In this document: one piece after another, positions 15,298 to 29,394 of the stretch
How the letters are laid out: every line of letters begins with the position of its first letter
Position numbering within the stretch: position 1 is the first letter of the stretch
Assembly: GCF_000181795.1 (NCBI RefSeq)
Contig: NW_003526941.1
Span: 7,168,043 to 7,232,042 of the forward strand
Length of the DNA: 64,000 nucleotides
Direction of reading: 5' to 3'
Origin: Trichinella spiralis
Taxonomy: Eukaryota
The notes under the pieces: model-generated
What the model saw: the letters and a program-made list of their open reading frames with translations, nothing else
Told to the model about the DNA's origin: nothing
The model's database searches: none
Made by a program: the position numbers and the translations under genes

Positions 15298-18200
15298 TCA
15301 CTCTTCTTCAAAGTCCACTTCCATCAACGTATCAACTGTTGTTCCAGTGCGCGCGGTACGTCTGGTCAAAAATGATGACGCAGCAACAGGAACAAACGGT
15401 GAACTAACATCTGGTTTCAAAATGGTTTCTCACATGAATGTTCAAAATGCAAAATAAAATTTAAAAAAAAATTCATACTCATTGATGGAGTAAGGGAAAG
15501 TGGCGGAGGAACTTGGCCTTTATTCACAGTTGCACTGATCAACGGCGGCGGTAACGGTGGAGGTGGCATCAGTGCCGCTTCATCTTCACTCTCGACCAGC
15601 GAGTTTCTGTAAGTAATCAACGGCTGCCATTCGCCATCCACACCCACCCGTACGCCATTGAAATGTCTGTTCAGATAATTCAACCTTAAAAAAACATCAA
15701 ATTAATTAATAGTCCCTCGTTTCCTTCCAAAATCATCACTATACTTACACTATCCGCTTGTCTTGTTTAAGCAATCTATTAGAAAGTTCATTAAGTGCTT
15801 CGAGAAACGGCAAATCTCGCGGCGCTTTCCCAGTAGCAGTATTCAAATCAGCCGCACAAGCAAAATCAATTCCTTCCCTTTAAATGAGAAAAAAAGTTAT
15901 AAAATTATATATTTTCATTCATTTTTCAGTCATATTAACAAAATGAATACCTGTGCAAAGTTACTATTGCTTCGCGAGTTTTCGTAGGATCTGAACCAAA
16001 AGACATGGCAAACCGTTTAGCCAATTCATGCACAACATAAATTGCATCTGAGATTTTGTCTCTATTTTCAGGGTCCAATTCACTCTGAAATTCATTTTAT
16101 ACATACATACATATATATATGTGTGTGTGTGTGTTCAGCGTATAATAATATATTTCATATAATGTAAAAAATAAATTTCAAATCACAAAAATAACACGTA
16201 CGACTGTTTCTTGATACAAAGCACATAGTGCTCTAATCATGGTCTTCGCCCAGCCCATTTTGTCACTTTCTCGACATCTGTTCAACAGAACACGAATAAT
16301 ATCGCCGAAATCACTTTGAAACTAAAAAAATAAAAATTCTCTCTTAAATTCACTTCCAAAAAGCATCAAAAACGCAATATTATTACAGTAACATAATTTT
16401 TGAAAATATGCACAGCCGACGCTACAGTGACAACACCAAAGACGACCAACTTGCAAAATGCAGCCAAATAAATACGACGTCGATGGGTTTTAACAATTTC
16501 TGCCTCTTCATCGGTCACGTCGCCAGCTGAGAAATTTTACCAACTGAAATTGGAAATTGCAAAATGATTTTAAATTTATTTTACCTTGTGCCGCATCGTC
16601 GACAAACACTTTCCGCCTGACAAACTGCTCCAACTGATCCTCCAAACTTTGATCCGCTTCGAATACCAAAGCGGTGAGTTCTTCATTTCGCTCAGGCAAG
16701 CTCCATCCAAATATAAGTAGCAAATCACAAAGTATCAGATATGCCTTAAAAAAAGCATTCAACAATAGCCGTCATTTCAACTCAATTTCAATATTAATAA
16801 AAAACTTGATTTCAATTTTTTGAAATAAACATTTCCATCTTTCTCTGAACTTACCGTCTCAGCCGTTTCATTAACAGGCGATTCCATCAACTCTCGACAA
16901 CATGTGCAAAATTGTTGAAACTGCTGCTTCAGCTTTGGTATTGAATCCTGCAAATAAGTAAATGTCAAATTTTAACCAAAAAAAAGAGAAAATTTCATAA
17001 AAATTCCACTTCAAAACTCTGTCTATCCGCAATAGCTTTCAATGCCCAGAGCAGTGACCAATAGCATGTTTTCACTGACAAGCGCATCATCTGTAAAACA
17101 AATGCTATAATACTATAAAGCCGCATATTGGGAGAAAACAAAATTCAATTCTACTTCAGGATTTGGAGGTACAGCATACTCCTGCCGCTGTTTTACAATT
17201 GGAAAGATCAAATCCCAGACATCCCATTTGGATAAATCATGACATCTGAAAGTTGAACATTCTATTCACACTGAACTGAGAGACTGTAGAAAAGCTGTTA
17301 CTGATGCAACGCCTCGATGCGACGCATGCTGGTAATCAATGTCACAATGTCTTCTTCATCCAGTGCTCCATCGACGGTGTTGAATTGTTGAATTTCTTGA
17401 CGTAGCTTCAGCATTGTCAAATCGATCAGTGTTGAACCAGTAACCAACGGTCGAACATGTACTGGAAGTTTCTCACTGCAAAGACATTCGTACGTCCGGC
17501 TGCATGTACCAAGCAATTCTTCATCGGCATGCCTTTCAAATATCTCTTCCAAGCATTTCACTAGGGCATTCAGATGCTAAAAGAAAAACAATTTTCATCG
17601 AAAAACACAACAACACAACACTCCAAAAAGTTTACGTTTAAGTAGTGGGCAGCACCATACACTTCGATATTAAAACGTTGAACTATTGTTAACAAATTTT
17701 CCAAATCTCGAGGATTAGCAGTAAACTAAAATTGAACTATATTTATTGATCAATTGAATCATCATCAATAATCACCTAAACCTTTTGCAAAAGTACCGGC
17801 AGATGTTCAGCAAAATGCTCAGTTAGTCGAGCTTGATCATCCTGGACTTGTTTGTGCTCTTTCTGTGTAACGTACTAAATCAAAAAACAAAGACAAAGCT
17901 AACACATTGACTTGAAGAGCAACACCCTCAAAAATACCTTCTTATTAACACTGCGCGCTATCGGAGGCTCACCAGTGGCTGCCTCTTTAACACTACAAGC
18001 CATGATGTCAATCAGCAGGGATTCATCCTCTCTGTCCAAAGGTTCTGAAAAATTTCAAATTAAAATGAAATAAAATCACTAATTTATTTCATTACGTTTA
18101 TCATCTCCGTGCAGTAGCAATTCCGTCATCGCCGTCCAGTCTTTAAGCAAATCATGACTGTCGTACAAAGAGTCGACCAAATAAGCAGCATGTTCGTGAA

Positions 18201-21072
18201 GCTGGAGAAAAAAAAGATTTAATTTTCATTTAAAAAATCAAGAAACATAAATATTTCAACTTTAAACCTTGCTTTCTTTATGAAATTGCACTAAATCGCG
18301 AATAACAGATTTGTTCGTTGCTTTGCATTCTTGTTGAGATCGAGTACGGCCAGGGGTTTTAACGTTGAACAATTGTTGAAGCAAAAATTCACCAGCTGCC
18401 AGTGCAAGACCACGATGGACAGAATAGATCAATTCATAAACCATCTCGTTATCTCTTGCTACCAACAATGCTGGGAAATGCCTATTCGACAAAGAAAATT
18501 CGACAAACAACAGGATAGAAATTACAATTGAGCAACGAACAATGAATGGCAATTTTTACCTCTGCATGCAAGTAACCAGCTTGACAGCCAAGACGGCAGT
18601 TTCATTTTCTTTATCCAATACCATAGAAACAAGACGAACCTGAATTACAAATATGTTCGTCTTAATTTGAAAAAAATGAATAATTTAAATTAAAAAAAAT
18701 ACTTTAAATTTATTTGTAAACAATTCCAGTCGAGGAGCAAACTGCTCTTCTTGGTAAAGAGGAAGCAGAGTTTGCAAACACCTCAGCCTCACTTCGCCAA
18801 CCTAAACGGAAAATTGATTTTGAAAGAAAAGCTAAAAAGTGAAAAAAAACCCAGCAAAACTATTTGCACAATAGATATTTCTACAACACTTAACATACAA
18901 ACCACTTTATGAGACATGACACATGACAAAAACTACCCATTTCGTTCTGCTTAGTATGATTGAATAAGATGAATCAAAAATTAAAAATACCTTATCATAC
19001 AAAGTCCAACCCACATATTTCAAGTGAGAATCATCCAGAAAGTGTTCTGGAAAATTGAGAATCCATTCGCCGAGCTCTGTCACACACAATGAGCGAATTT
19101 CAGGCACGGCGTCCCTAAAAATGAAAGCAGAATATTTTTAAAAAATCACAAAGAAATCAATTTACCTATATCTGTGAACAAATACGCTTTTGAAAATATA
19201 ATCTAGCATATTGATAATTTCGTCTTTGTTCTCAGAATACTAAAATGTTGAAAAAAAAATAAAAAAAACATAAGTGTTTGATAAATTTAATACAAAAAAA
19301 GACCTCATGTTTTTTCTGCATCAATGCCTCAATTCGTTGGTTGCCTTTCCGCTGCTTTGTTCGTTCCGTTTCAAACTGCTTACTCACACTAGCCAACGAT
19401 TGGCTCAGCCGAACAGCAATCTCTACCAGAGCTGTCATTACTTTCATAGCTACGTAAAGCATATATAAATTGGCATTTAAAATTCATAAAACAGTAAACA
19501 CGTACCTGCGAGTGTAGCAGTATGTCGGAAAGCCCGAACCTGGGAATCTGCCAAACCAGTCAATAATGAAATAATGATGTCCATAAGATATTGATCATAA
19601 ATAACACTGTACTGGCATTGCTTAATCAAAGTCTTAAATAATGAAAAATATCAGCCAAAATCAAAGCTTGAATTTGCTGAATTTCACTTTAACAAAATCA
19701 CAAAAATTGCGACGAAACTTTTTCCACTGCAAACCAGCAATTATAATTGGATAGTCACCACTGTCCTACGATAGAAGCATATATGTATGTATATAGAAAC
19801 ATTCCAATAAGACAACAAAACTGCAAACTTCATCAAAGTCTTCTGTCATTTTTCTTATGAGTTGAGAAAAATCATCTGTACGAATGTCATTCAAGGTAAC
19901 GATACCTTTGCAACCAGTACTTGAAATAAAAAATTGAATTAAATCCATTACAGCTAAGTCGGCGTCTTTTTGATAATGCTCTATCCAGTCATCTGCTACT
20001 TGCTTAAAAATATAAATTTTATAAGACAGGATATAGTGATTGAAAATTCTTACTATCAGAGCAGCTTTCCCTTCTTTGATCAAGAAATACAAGGAAGCTT
20101 CTTTATCTAAAACTGGTCGATTCGGTGGCCGACCACGCCCTCTTCCAGCGGGGCGACCTCTTTTTGGAGTAGTAAATACCTGAAGATTAAATTTTAAATT
20201 AAATAAAACATTAAAAAAAGAATAAAATCAACCACTTCTGAATCATTTGGAGATTTTCTTTTTTGTGATCTAGATTGTGCCACTGCTGAAACTGAAGGAT
20301 TATTAGAGTCCAATATCTCATCCAAAGCTCTACAACATGTAAACGCAAATCATAAATTATTAAACTATCCAAGAAAAGAAACAAGAATTTAATTTAAATT
20401 TATAAATGAAAATTTAAAATTAGAATCAAAAATTAATGAAACACAATTACTTAATCATATACATACAGATTATTAACAATCATTACTGCAAATAAAACGA
20501 CGGTTAAAAACCAATACTTAAAATATGTAAAATGAATCCTTTAATAAAAACAAAATCATTAAAATAATTTATGTCAGCTTTCAATGTCTTACGTTTCATC
20601 GTTACTTTTTAAAAAACAAAAGCTTGTTAAAATTGACAAAAATTTTATTTTTCAAACCATTGATTACCCCGAACTTGATTGTCAAACAACTACAGTATGA
20701 AATCGCATCCTAAAAACGCGGTTACATTTCTACTAATAGCAGCAATGATTTTTAAAATATTCCTGAAAATTCAAAAGACAAACAAATTCTTAATAAAAAT
20801 AAATTACTATATGTAGGTTATCACGATAAAAATCATGCATTAACTCAATAATCGTATCAAAGAGCTTGCAACAGCAAGCGCTATTTTAATTGCAAAAATG
20901 GCAAAATCAATACTAACCGAGGGTTCACGGATACGGAAGAACCATTTCCAGAAACAGACTGACTAACTTTGTGATGAGAACGGGACAAGCCCAATACGTT
21001 TGACATTGTCTCATAAGCACCCTGCTTAGCCAGACGCATTGGTCTGGTACTTGGTGAAGAGCTATTTGACAT
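15298..21072 (-). CDS. Cohesin subunit SA/STAG (Scc3 family), about 20 exons
   Basis: [115 protein letters not shown]-hook-like KRGRP..GRGRPP near the N-terminus. The last exon is uncertain; further exon-like segments lie at about 14870-14920 and 14498-14575. Confidence 0.95.
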
Positions 21073-22278
21073 CTTGACCAATACAACTTTTCGTACTGAT
21101 AAAATATTGGTATGCAAAACGTTGTATTTTCAGTTCCTTACCATTCTAGAAGCGATCTAAATTAATACAGATATTATCACATATAGCAAGCTCAGATATG
21201 ATAAATGTACTCTGCAAACAAACGTTCATATTATCAAAGAGTGATATTACTGAAAATCAGCACAATTAATATATAATGAAATGCGCAAATACAGCTAAAT
21301 CATCAAATAAACAAACAAACACTGATGCACCAAAGAAACTATATTCAGCGCATTGCATTTAAAATGAAAACTCATTACATGAATATCAAATAATCAGACA
21401 TGAAACAGATGTGCTAAAGGTGTCAGTGCAAGCAGTCACAATTGAAACATTTGGACTAAACTCTATAGAAAGATTGTTCAAATTTTCAAATTAAAACCGC
21501 ATCCCGTCATCATGCAATTTAGTTCAGCTGTTGCAGTTATATTGCATATTTTTATTGGCATTACTTTGAGAAGTGTCAAATTGTGAAGAAATTGAAATTT
21601 CAAATTTAAAAGAAATGACACTAAATTAAAAATTCTCTTTTAAAATAATTCTAAATATAATATCAATTTAATAATTTAGTTAATGTGCCAATGTATTAAA
21701 AGCAAACTTACGTTCAAGTGACAAAACTATGCTGATATACAGCAACCTTATGAAACCCGCGCAATCGTACTGTCATCTAAAAATGGAATAACTTGCTACT
21801 TAACTTTTAGGTACTGTAGGTTTTCAAATGTATTCCATTTTGTAATATTTATAGTTTTATGAAAAATTCTTTCATAATATATAAAATATATATATTAGAA
21901 CAAAATATACGAATACATATCAAACAATCGCATTTGAATTATTGCAATTTATTTATTAAAAAAAATGTAGGTTAAAATTCCACATGCAGTATTATAATTA
22001 AAAATAATTTAAGAAATTTAAAACTATAATGTTATCCATATTGTGCTTTTATTTTGTGTAAGATAAGTCAGCTGTAATTTGAATTTAAAAAATCAGTTTT
22101 GAATACCCAGCATTTAATTTTAATTAAAAGTCAATTAAATTTACCTTTCTTTTAACTTTTAAAAATTTTCAAACTTTAAAATAAAAATAAAAAAATTGTT
22201 TAATGATGCTCAAGTTTCCTTCAGTAGGCGCCAAATATATAGTGCGGTACGGTTTACGGGATACTGACGTATTTCAAA

Positions 22279-23625
22279 ATGTCTCATTTAGCATCGATGG
22301 AAATTCCATTGGAGAAAAAGAAGTTGATGGCCAAGTCGATTGCTAAAATTTATACTTTGCTATGTAATCGTTTTGGAAATGCTGAAGACGCCATCAAAAA
22401 ATTTGATGCACTTCAAAAAAAGGAAGAACAACTCACTGAGCAGATTGCCTCTGTTACCGCACAAAATGAAAACTTTTTACGTAAAGAAGAAGCGTGTAAT
22501 AGTTTTAAACAAAACATTGCACAAATGGCAAAGAAGTACGACATAATTGTAGGCTACGAATCAAATTCTTTAAGCTTTGATGAAATTGAAATGCTGTTTC
22601 AAAGTTCCATTAATCAAAGAATGGAGCTGCTAAACGAGATGGAAGCATTCAAGGTAAACCGCTTTAACTGTACTACTATGTAACAACTGTTCACGATTAA
22701 TTTCAGCTCTCCATTAAGAACTTGGAGAACAGTGTTGAAAGGAAAAGTCAAGAGCTTGAGGATGCTAAGATGGCATTTGTAAAGGAAAAGAGTGAAATTT
22801 ATGAAAATATGAATACGGACTTTGCTGCGCAGACCGCTGCATTTTCAAAAGAAAAAGATGAACTTTTGAATAGAATCAACTCAGTGACAGAAGAAAGCGA
22901 ACTGTTAAGGAAAATGCTCGCCCAAGAAACTGTACGTTAATTTGTAATGATTCACTTCATGTATTATTATCCCGAGACATTTAGGAAAAGAGCAACGCAA
23001 TTAAAGAACATTATGAAAATGAGAACAACAATCTGAAATGTGAAAATGAGAAAATTCTTCAAGAAAATTTACAACTGAAAGAATCGACCGAAAAAATATT
23101 GGTAATTTTGTGAAAGCATACTTTTCCTTTTCGATACTTGAACAATGTGATCATTAATTACAGCAACAGTTGCAAATTGAAAGAGAAATGAAGTCCAAAG
23201 AATTTGAGCGATATGAATGTTTTTTGGAGTATTTATGGAAAAAAATTGACCATGGAGACAAGGAATTTGAAACGTTGCGAGAAAAAAATCGATCGATTAT
23301 GAAAAAAAATGAAAATTTGTACAATCATGTGGTGGAAATGCAAATTCAACGTAAGTGAAACTGTTTTATTGCTTTATGGATATGTTTGATATTTCAGATT
23401 CAAATTGTAAAAAAGAAAACAATGGTTGCAATGTTAAACTTGATGATAAAGTAAGTCGATTTGGATCATTTCATAAAGTGTACAGTACCAGTAAAATTAC
23501 TTCAGAACGTTCCTTATGGCAGGATATTACGCCCAGTTTCTGAAAATGCTGAACAAGTTGTCCTGCCATTCAAGTCTTACGTTGAAGAAGCAAGAAATAC
23601 GAGCAAAAACTCGGTTCCAAACTGA
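22279..23625 (+). CDS. Uncharacterised coiled-coil protein (about 6 exons)
   Basis: Consecutive E/K/Q/L-rich heptad-like ORFs (22279, 22722, about 22986, 23170) joined by GT-AG introns, ending ...NTSKNSVPN*. No family recognised. Confidence 0.7.
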
Positions 23626-24843
23626 AATGCTGTTATTTATGAACATCTTTCTTCGATCTGTTTTTACTCAATCATTTTTCATTTTCAAATAAAAATATTT
23701 TCCACTATTAACTGTGTCGTTTTCCTACTACTTACAGTATGACCAATGAAAAGCAAGTATCTTAGCAGAGTTATTTTAATGAAAATTATCAATAAAATAA
23801 AATCAACAGTTGTTCTTTTGAATAAGTTATTCTGCTGTTGAATTAATACATTTTCATTTATTTTTTTATATGTTTTTATAGCATTTTTGACATAAAAACT
23901 TCAATCATTGCGTAATATTATTACGTTAGCATTTATTTGATTAATTGCGGAAAAAAAAGAAATTATGACAATTGCTAAATTGATTGACGATGTTCCAAAG
24001 ATTCCGTTCTGTTGTAATAGTGATTTAATAAATGCAGTATTAAAATCAAAAAGAATATTTTCTCGTCAGACGGTAGCAAATTTCCATTTTAGCGTCTTGT
24101 TCGATGAGAATTAATTTTCAAACAAAAAATTCCATCTGAACAGTGAAATATGTCGGCAAAGCGGCAGAATCACAAAGCTAATATTATATCAATATTTAAT
24201 GTGGCGTACCAGGTGCAGTTGCGCACTGGCACTGGAATTCAGTGCGTTTAATTTGAACTGATGACGTCACAACTGCTAACTGCCACCGCTTCTTCTTTAG
24301 CTTCCTAGAAAATTCCAGTCGATTAGCGTGTAAGATAGCATCTGATTTTTTTGTGTTTTTCTCGTCTTTGCTATCAGTATAGCAGTTGAATAATAATATT
24401 TAAAGAAAAATGAACAAATAAATATTTTCCATTTCTACACACAGATGAAGATAAAATTTTTACATACATGCATGCATATACCGGAAGATATGCATGTTTT
24501 TTCGTCACATTTTTGAAATCGTTTCGTTTTTTATTCTTCCTTATTTTTCTTCCGATTGATACTGTTGAAATTTGAAAACAATCAATTATTTAGCAGTTGT
24601 GTGTTGATTAGAAGGAATTTTAAACGTCAGAATGTTGTGCTTTACCTGAATAATGCTCGATGTTACACAACAAAAACGTCATAGTCGTCGTATTCGTTGT
24701 GACGTTGAAAATTTCACCTTTTTAAAATATTTTTCCTTTCCTGTTTAGTTTGTTCTTTATGCAAGCGTTTTTCGAACGCAGCTTCATTTTCATCATATCA
24801 ATTGATTCGTCTTCTTCTTTTCAGAGAATCTGTGCTCATTACA

Positions 24844-26977
24844 ATGATGTGGAAAATGTTGAAGGTTTTTTCTTCTAAAAATGGAATTGTGCGTTCTGCT
24901 TCAAGTAAGATATTAATAATAAGAAGCCGTCAATAATACCACTATATATATATATATGTATATTCAAATAAACAGACTTCAGTAAGATAAAGGTTGAAAA
25001 TCCTGTAGTGGAATTAGATGGCGATGAAATGACTCGCATCATTTGGAAATTCATCAAAGATAAAGTTAGTTCAATTTCACATTTGATTGATAAATAATTG
25101 ATTGAATCAATCAATTTTTCACAAATGAATTGTTTCGTTTCAGTTGATTTTTCCATATATCGATATTCAGTGCCATTATTTTGATTTGAGCTTACCAAAT
25201 CGAGATAAAACTGAAGATCGCGTTACTGTTGAAGCAGCGGAAGCTATTCTGAAATACAACGTCGGTATCAAATGTGCGACAATTACACCAGACGAAGCTC
25301 GAGTCAAAGGTATACGTGTATGATAATTTTCATCACATTTACATATTTTCTATTCAGAATTTAATTTGAAAAAAATGTGGCTCAGTCCGAACGGTACTAT
25401 AAGGAACATTCTCGGTGGTACTGTTTTTCGTGAACCAATTCTCTGCAAGAACATACCTCGACTAATACCAGGTTGGACAAATTCAATCGTCATCGGTAGG
25501 CATGCACACGGTGATCAGGTAAATTGCACGTATTGCCATTATTTGTACAAATAACATTATATTATTATTAAAAACCTATCAAAATGATGATGTATGATTT
25601 TCAAAATTTACGAATTTCATTATATTAAATTTACATTAGAAGAGTAAAAATAAATTAATATGACTTTTGAACTGACTTTACACATTCTTCTAACTGTCCT
25701 GATTGATGCAACTGTTGTCCTGATTTTGATTTCTTGACTGAAATATTTAACTTGATGAAGTTAAACATATTTTGTCACCTTTTTGTTTCAAAAGCAGAAA
25801 TGAAATATTATCTATTATTCAGTATAAAGCCACAGAAATGGTAATTAAAAAGCCGGGCAAAGTGGAATTAGTATTTACGCCAAACGATGGTAGCCAAAGT
25901 ATAAGAAGTGAAATTTACAATTTCAAAACTCCAGGCATCACCATGGGCATGTACAACACTGATGAAGTAATTTCAATTCGCGACAATTTATGAAAAATAA
26001 ATATATTAAATATTTTAAAAAAAAATTTTTTTTTCAGTCAGTTGAAAATTTTGCCAAAAGTTGCTTCGAATACGCGATTGCGAAAAAGTGGCCATTGTAC
26101 CTGAGTACAAAGAACACAATTTTGAAAAAATACGATGGTCGTTTTAAAGATATTTTCCAACAAATTTATGAAAAGTATTTGATTTTTGCTCTGCTCCTTC
26201 TTATTCATTATTTGTTAAAGGTTTTTTGTTGTAACAGAATTTATGCAAATAAATTCAAAACCATTGGAATATGGTATGAACATCGTCTTATTGACGACAT
26301 GGTTGCCCAAGTACTGAAATCGAATGGTGGCTTTGTCTGGGCATGCAAAAACTACGATGGCGACGTGCAATCGGATATCGTCGCTCAAGGTGAATAAAAT
26401 TTACATTAAAACACACAAACAACACGTACGTACGTACCTTGGAAAATGATGTTCAATTGTATACACAGGTTTCGGTTCTTTGGGTCTGATGACCAGTGTA
26501 CTCATGTGCCCGGATGGCAAGACCATCGAATCCGAAGCTGCTCACGGTACTGTGACCAGACATTATCGTGATCACCAAGCCGGACGTCAAACGAGCACCA
26601 ATCCAGTGGCAAGCATTTACGCGTGGACTCGAGGCTTGGAACATCGAGCGAAACTGGATCGAAACGAACCCCTCAAACAGTGAGTGACAGATTTTATCAA
26701 ATTTATCAAAAAAAAATTTGCATACTTATCATTTCCATTTCAGATTTTGCCAAAATCTAGAAGCTGCCTGTTTGGAAACGATCGAACAAGGCAAAATGAC
26801 GAAAGACTTAGCCATTTGTATACACGGCAACGCGAAAAAGTATGCAAATTTTAAAGTTTAACCAATTTCCATTTCAAATCATCATTTTACAGTGTAAAAG
26901 AGGGAATGTACTTGTACACTGAACAATTCCTCGAAGCGATTCGACAACGACTCGACGACAAAATGAACCGCTGTTGA
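24844..26977 (+). CDS. NADP-dependent isocitrate dehydrogenase, probably mitochondrial (IDH2-like)
   Basis: Basic presequence-like [20 protein letters not shown], then [95 protein letters not shown]. Confidence 0.97.
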
Positions 26978-27355
26978 AAAATATGGAAAAAGAAAACGCG
27001 TCAATTAATGAATCTTAATTATAATTTTAAAATTAATTGTCCATTTCAATTTTCAAATTGAATTTAAAAATCAAATACATGAACGTTTATTCTCACCGCA
27101 AGATTCCATTTTTGACAAATGATGATGATGATGATGATGAGAGACAGCAATAAAAAAAAGATCGTCAAAATGCAAATTGTTAATCATAGAATTAGGCCAA
27201 ATTTACTGCTTAATGATTGTAATAAAAAAAAGAAAAATAAAACACGCACTGAATCAATGCAATTAATAAAATTAAAAATGAAATAATAAATGAAATACAC
27301 TTGCACGTCAACCGACGAACCGACGTTGCTATTGTTGTTGCTTTAATGCCATTAT

Positions 27356-29394
27356 TCATTCACCACCTTCTTCTTCTTCTTCTTCTTCGTCTTCGTCTTC
27401 TTCTTCTTCATCTTCTTCTGCTTCTTCTTCCCCTTCTGCTTCTTCTCCTTCTGCTTCTTCTTGTTCTTCATCTTCTTCATCCTCATCTTCAGCAGATACT
27501 ATATCAGCGCTTGCAAGCCAAGATTTTGTCAACTCAGAGCGAAAATTGAACAACGTCATCGGAGCTTGCGAAGCTTCATGATAGAATCGCCATGCATTGT
27601 AGACGGTCAAATCCAGAAAATGAGTGAACACTGGCCACCACCATTTTCGATTACGAAGTTGCACTTTAAATTTTTTCGCCTAAAAAGCAGAGAAATAAAC
27701 AAACAAAATTATTAATTATTTAAAACAAAAAGAAAATACTCACCGATTCGGTGATGTAATTCACTTTATACCTTTTACGACTGTATTCGTGAAATACATT
27801 TGGCAGTGAAAACACTTTGCCATCTTTTTCTGTTTCAATCAATGGATCAAATCCAAATTCTGTCGACATGAACGTATAAACCCGATCGTATTTGTACCGG
27901 ACCGCAACAACACCGTTGATTGGATCTAACAGCTTAAATTTCATGTTAATTAATTAATTAATTAATTTAATTAATTTTCATCTTCAATTTACTTGGCAAA
28001 ATTGTCCCCGACGTAAGTGGGCAAATTCTTCAATGGGCAAAAGTGGAAGTTTACGAGATCGTAAAATGCTTAAAAGGCCAGTCGCTTTGACTCCAATCGT
28101 TTTCAAATAGCAAAGAAGTGGATGCGATGTAAAATAATCGTCAAAAAATATACATTTCCCACTGAAAAATTCGACAGGCTTGAGCAATTCCGCAACCGCA
28201 CCCCCGGCACAACCGAGATCATTGTCCTCGACGGGACAGTCTTCCTGTTCTGTGGCACCATCGTAGAGGGCAAAATTGAAAATATACCCAGAAGAATTAA
28301 CAAGTACAAATGTTTTATAACCGAATTCCACGTCCGTATTTTGCATTCCAAGTTTATCTTAAATAATAATAATCTTTTCAACGGACACAAATTACATCAT
28401 CGAATGCTTTCAATTACCTGGATTTAAGCCAGGACAAGTGACCAACAGTTCACCCACAGCGAGATCATTTGGCCATACACCAAATTGAAGGTATTTTTTC
28501 TTCAACAAATTCAAAAATGGTCTCAATTTCGCAAATCTGTCATGTTTATCGAGTTCTTCATTGTTAGCCAAATGTAAGCAGCGTTTCAACTGACGAAATC
28601 TGAACAATATTTCCCCTCCCAATTACAGTCAAAAAGTGCAATCACAAGCACAAACCTGCGTTTCGACATGGCATTGTAAACAAGAGGCACGTATACGTCG
28701 TCAGTGAATTGCCAATACATGTCTTCTTCGGGCAAATCATAATGACCAGAGAAAAGCAGCAAGGCCAAAAATGTCTTCATCTCCTCTTCGTCAACACTGA
28801 AATTATCTCCAAGAGTGTCCAGGCCGTATCGATTGGTTTCAGTTACAATGTGCGTGATAATTTCCTCATCAAAAAATTTTTCAAAAACATCACGTGGAGA
28901 CCAATCTGTAATTTTGTGAATAATAATAATAATAATAATTTAGCTTTGATATTTTTCAATACTTTGTAAACAATCGCGCAGCATTGTCATGTCAGGTGTT
29001 TTTACTTCTTTTTCAGCATCATGGAGGTAACCTGCATTCACTGCTTTCCAAATCACCGCTCTGTCAGTCTCCATTTGCTGATATTTCAATTTTTTACCCA
29101 TTTCTAAATTTTAACTTGATTAAATAGAAATAATCATACTTTGAAACTGTTACCCGATGATTTTCCCTCATACGCATCAACGTCACTTATTTTGTGATGG
29201 ATTTCAACACGACCAGAAACATAACACCTCGGCTTTGGAAAAGTCGTCAGTATATTATCGTCCGCATCTTCATTATCAGTCAACTCTTGCGTTTCTACAG
29301 AAGGAGGAACGACCACAGCTTGCAATTGTAAATCACGAGGCCATTTTTCGCAAAAAACAACGGCATCCGAAACTGATTTAAAATTTTCTGACAT
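27356..29394 (-). CDS. piggyBac transposable element-derived protein (PGBD-like, DDE_Tnp_1_7), 7 exons, with acidic C-terminal tail
   Basis: SPRDVFEKFFDEEII..IV.ETNRY, EMKTFLALLLFSG, YW......P....AMS..RF..L..CLHL, DRFAKLRPFL, FGYK, FFDDYFTS..LL..L, KWWWPVF.HFLDL.V.NAW: piggyBac transposase fold. Six GT-AG introns and an intact spliced ORF. Confidence 0.88.

Noticed and set aside
27301..27549. Poly-Leu membrane-like ORF on the plus strand
   Set aside because: It is the antisense of the Glu-rich PGBD tail.
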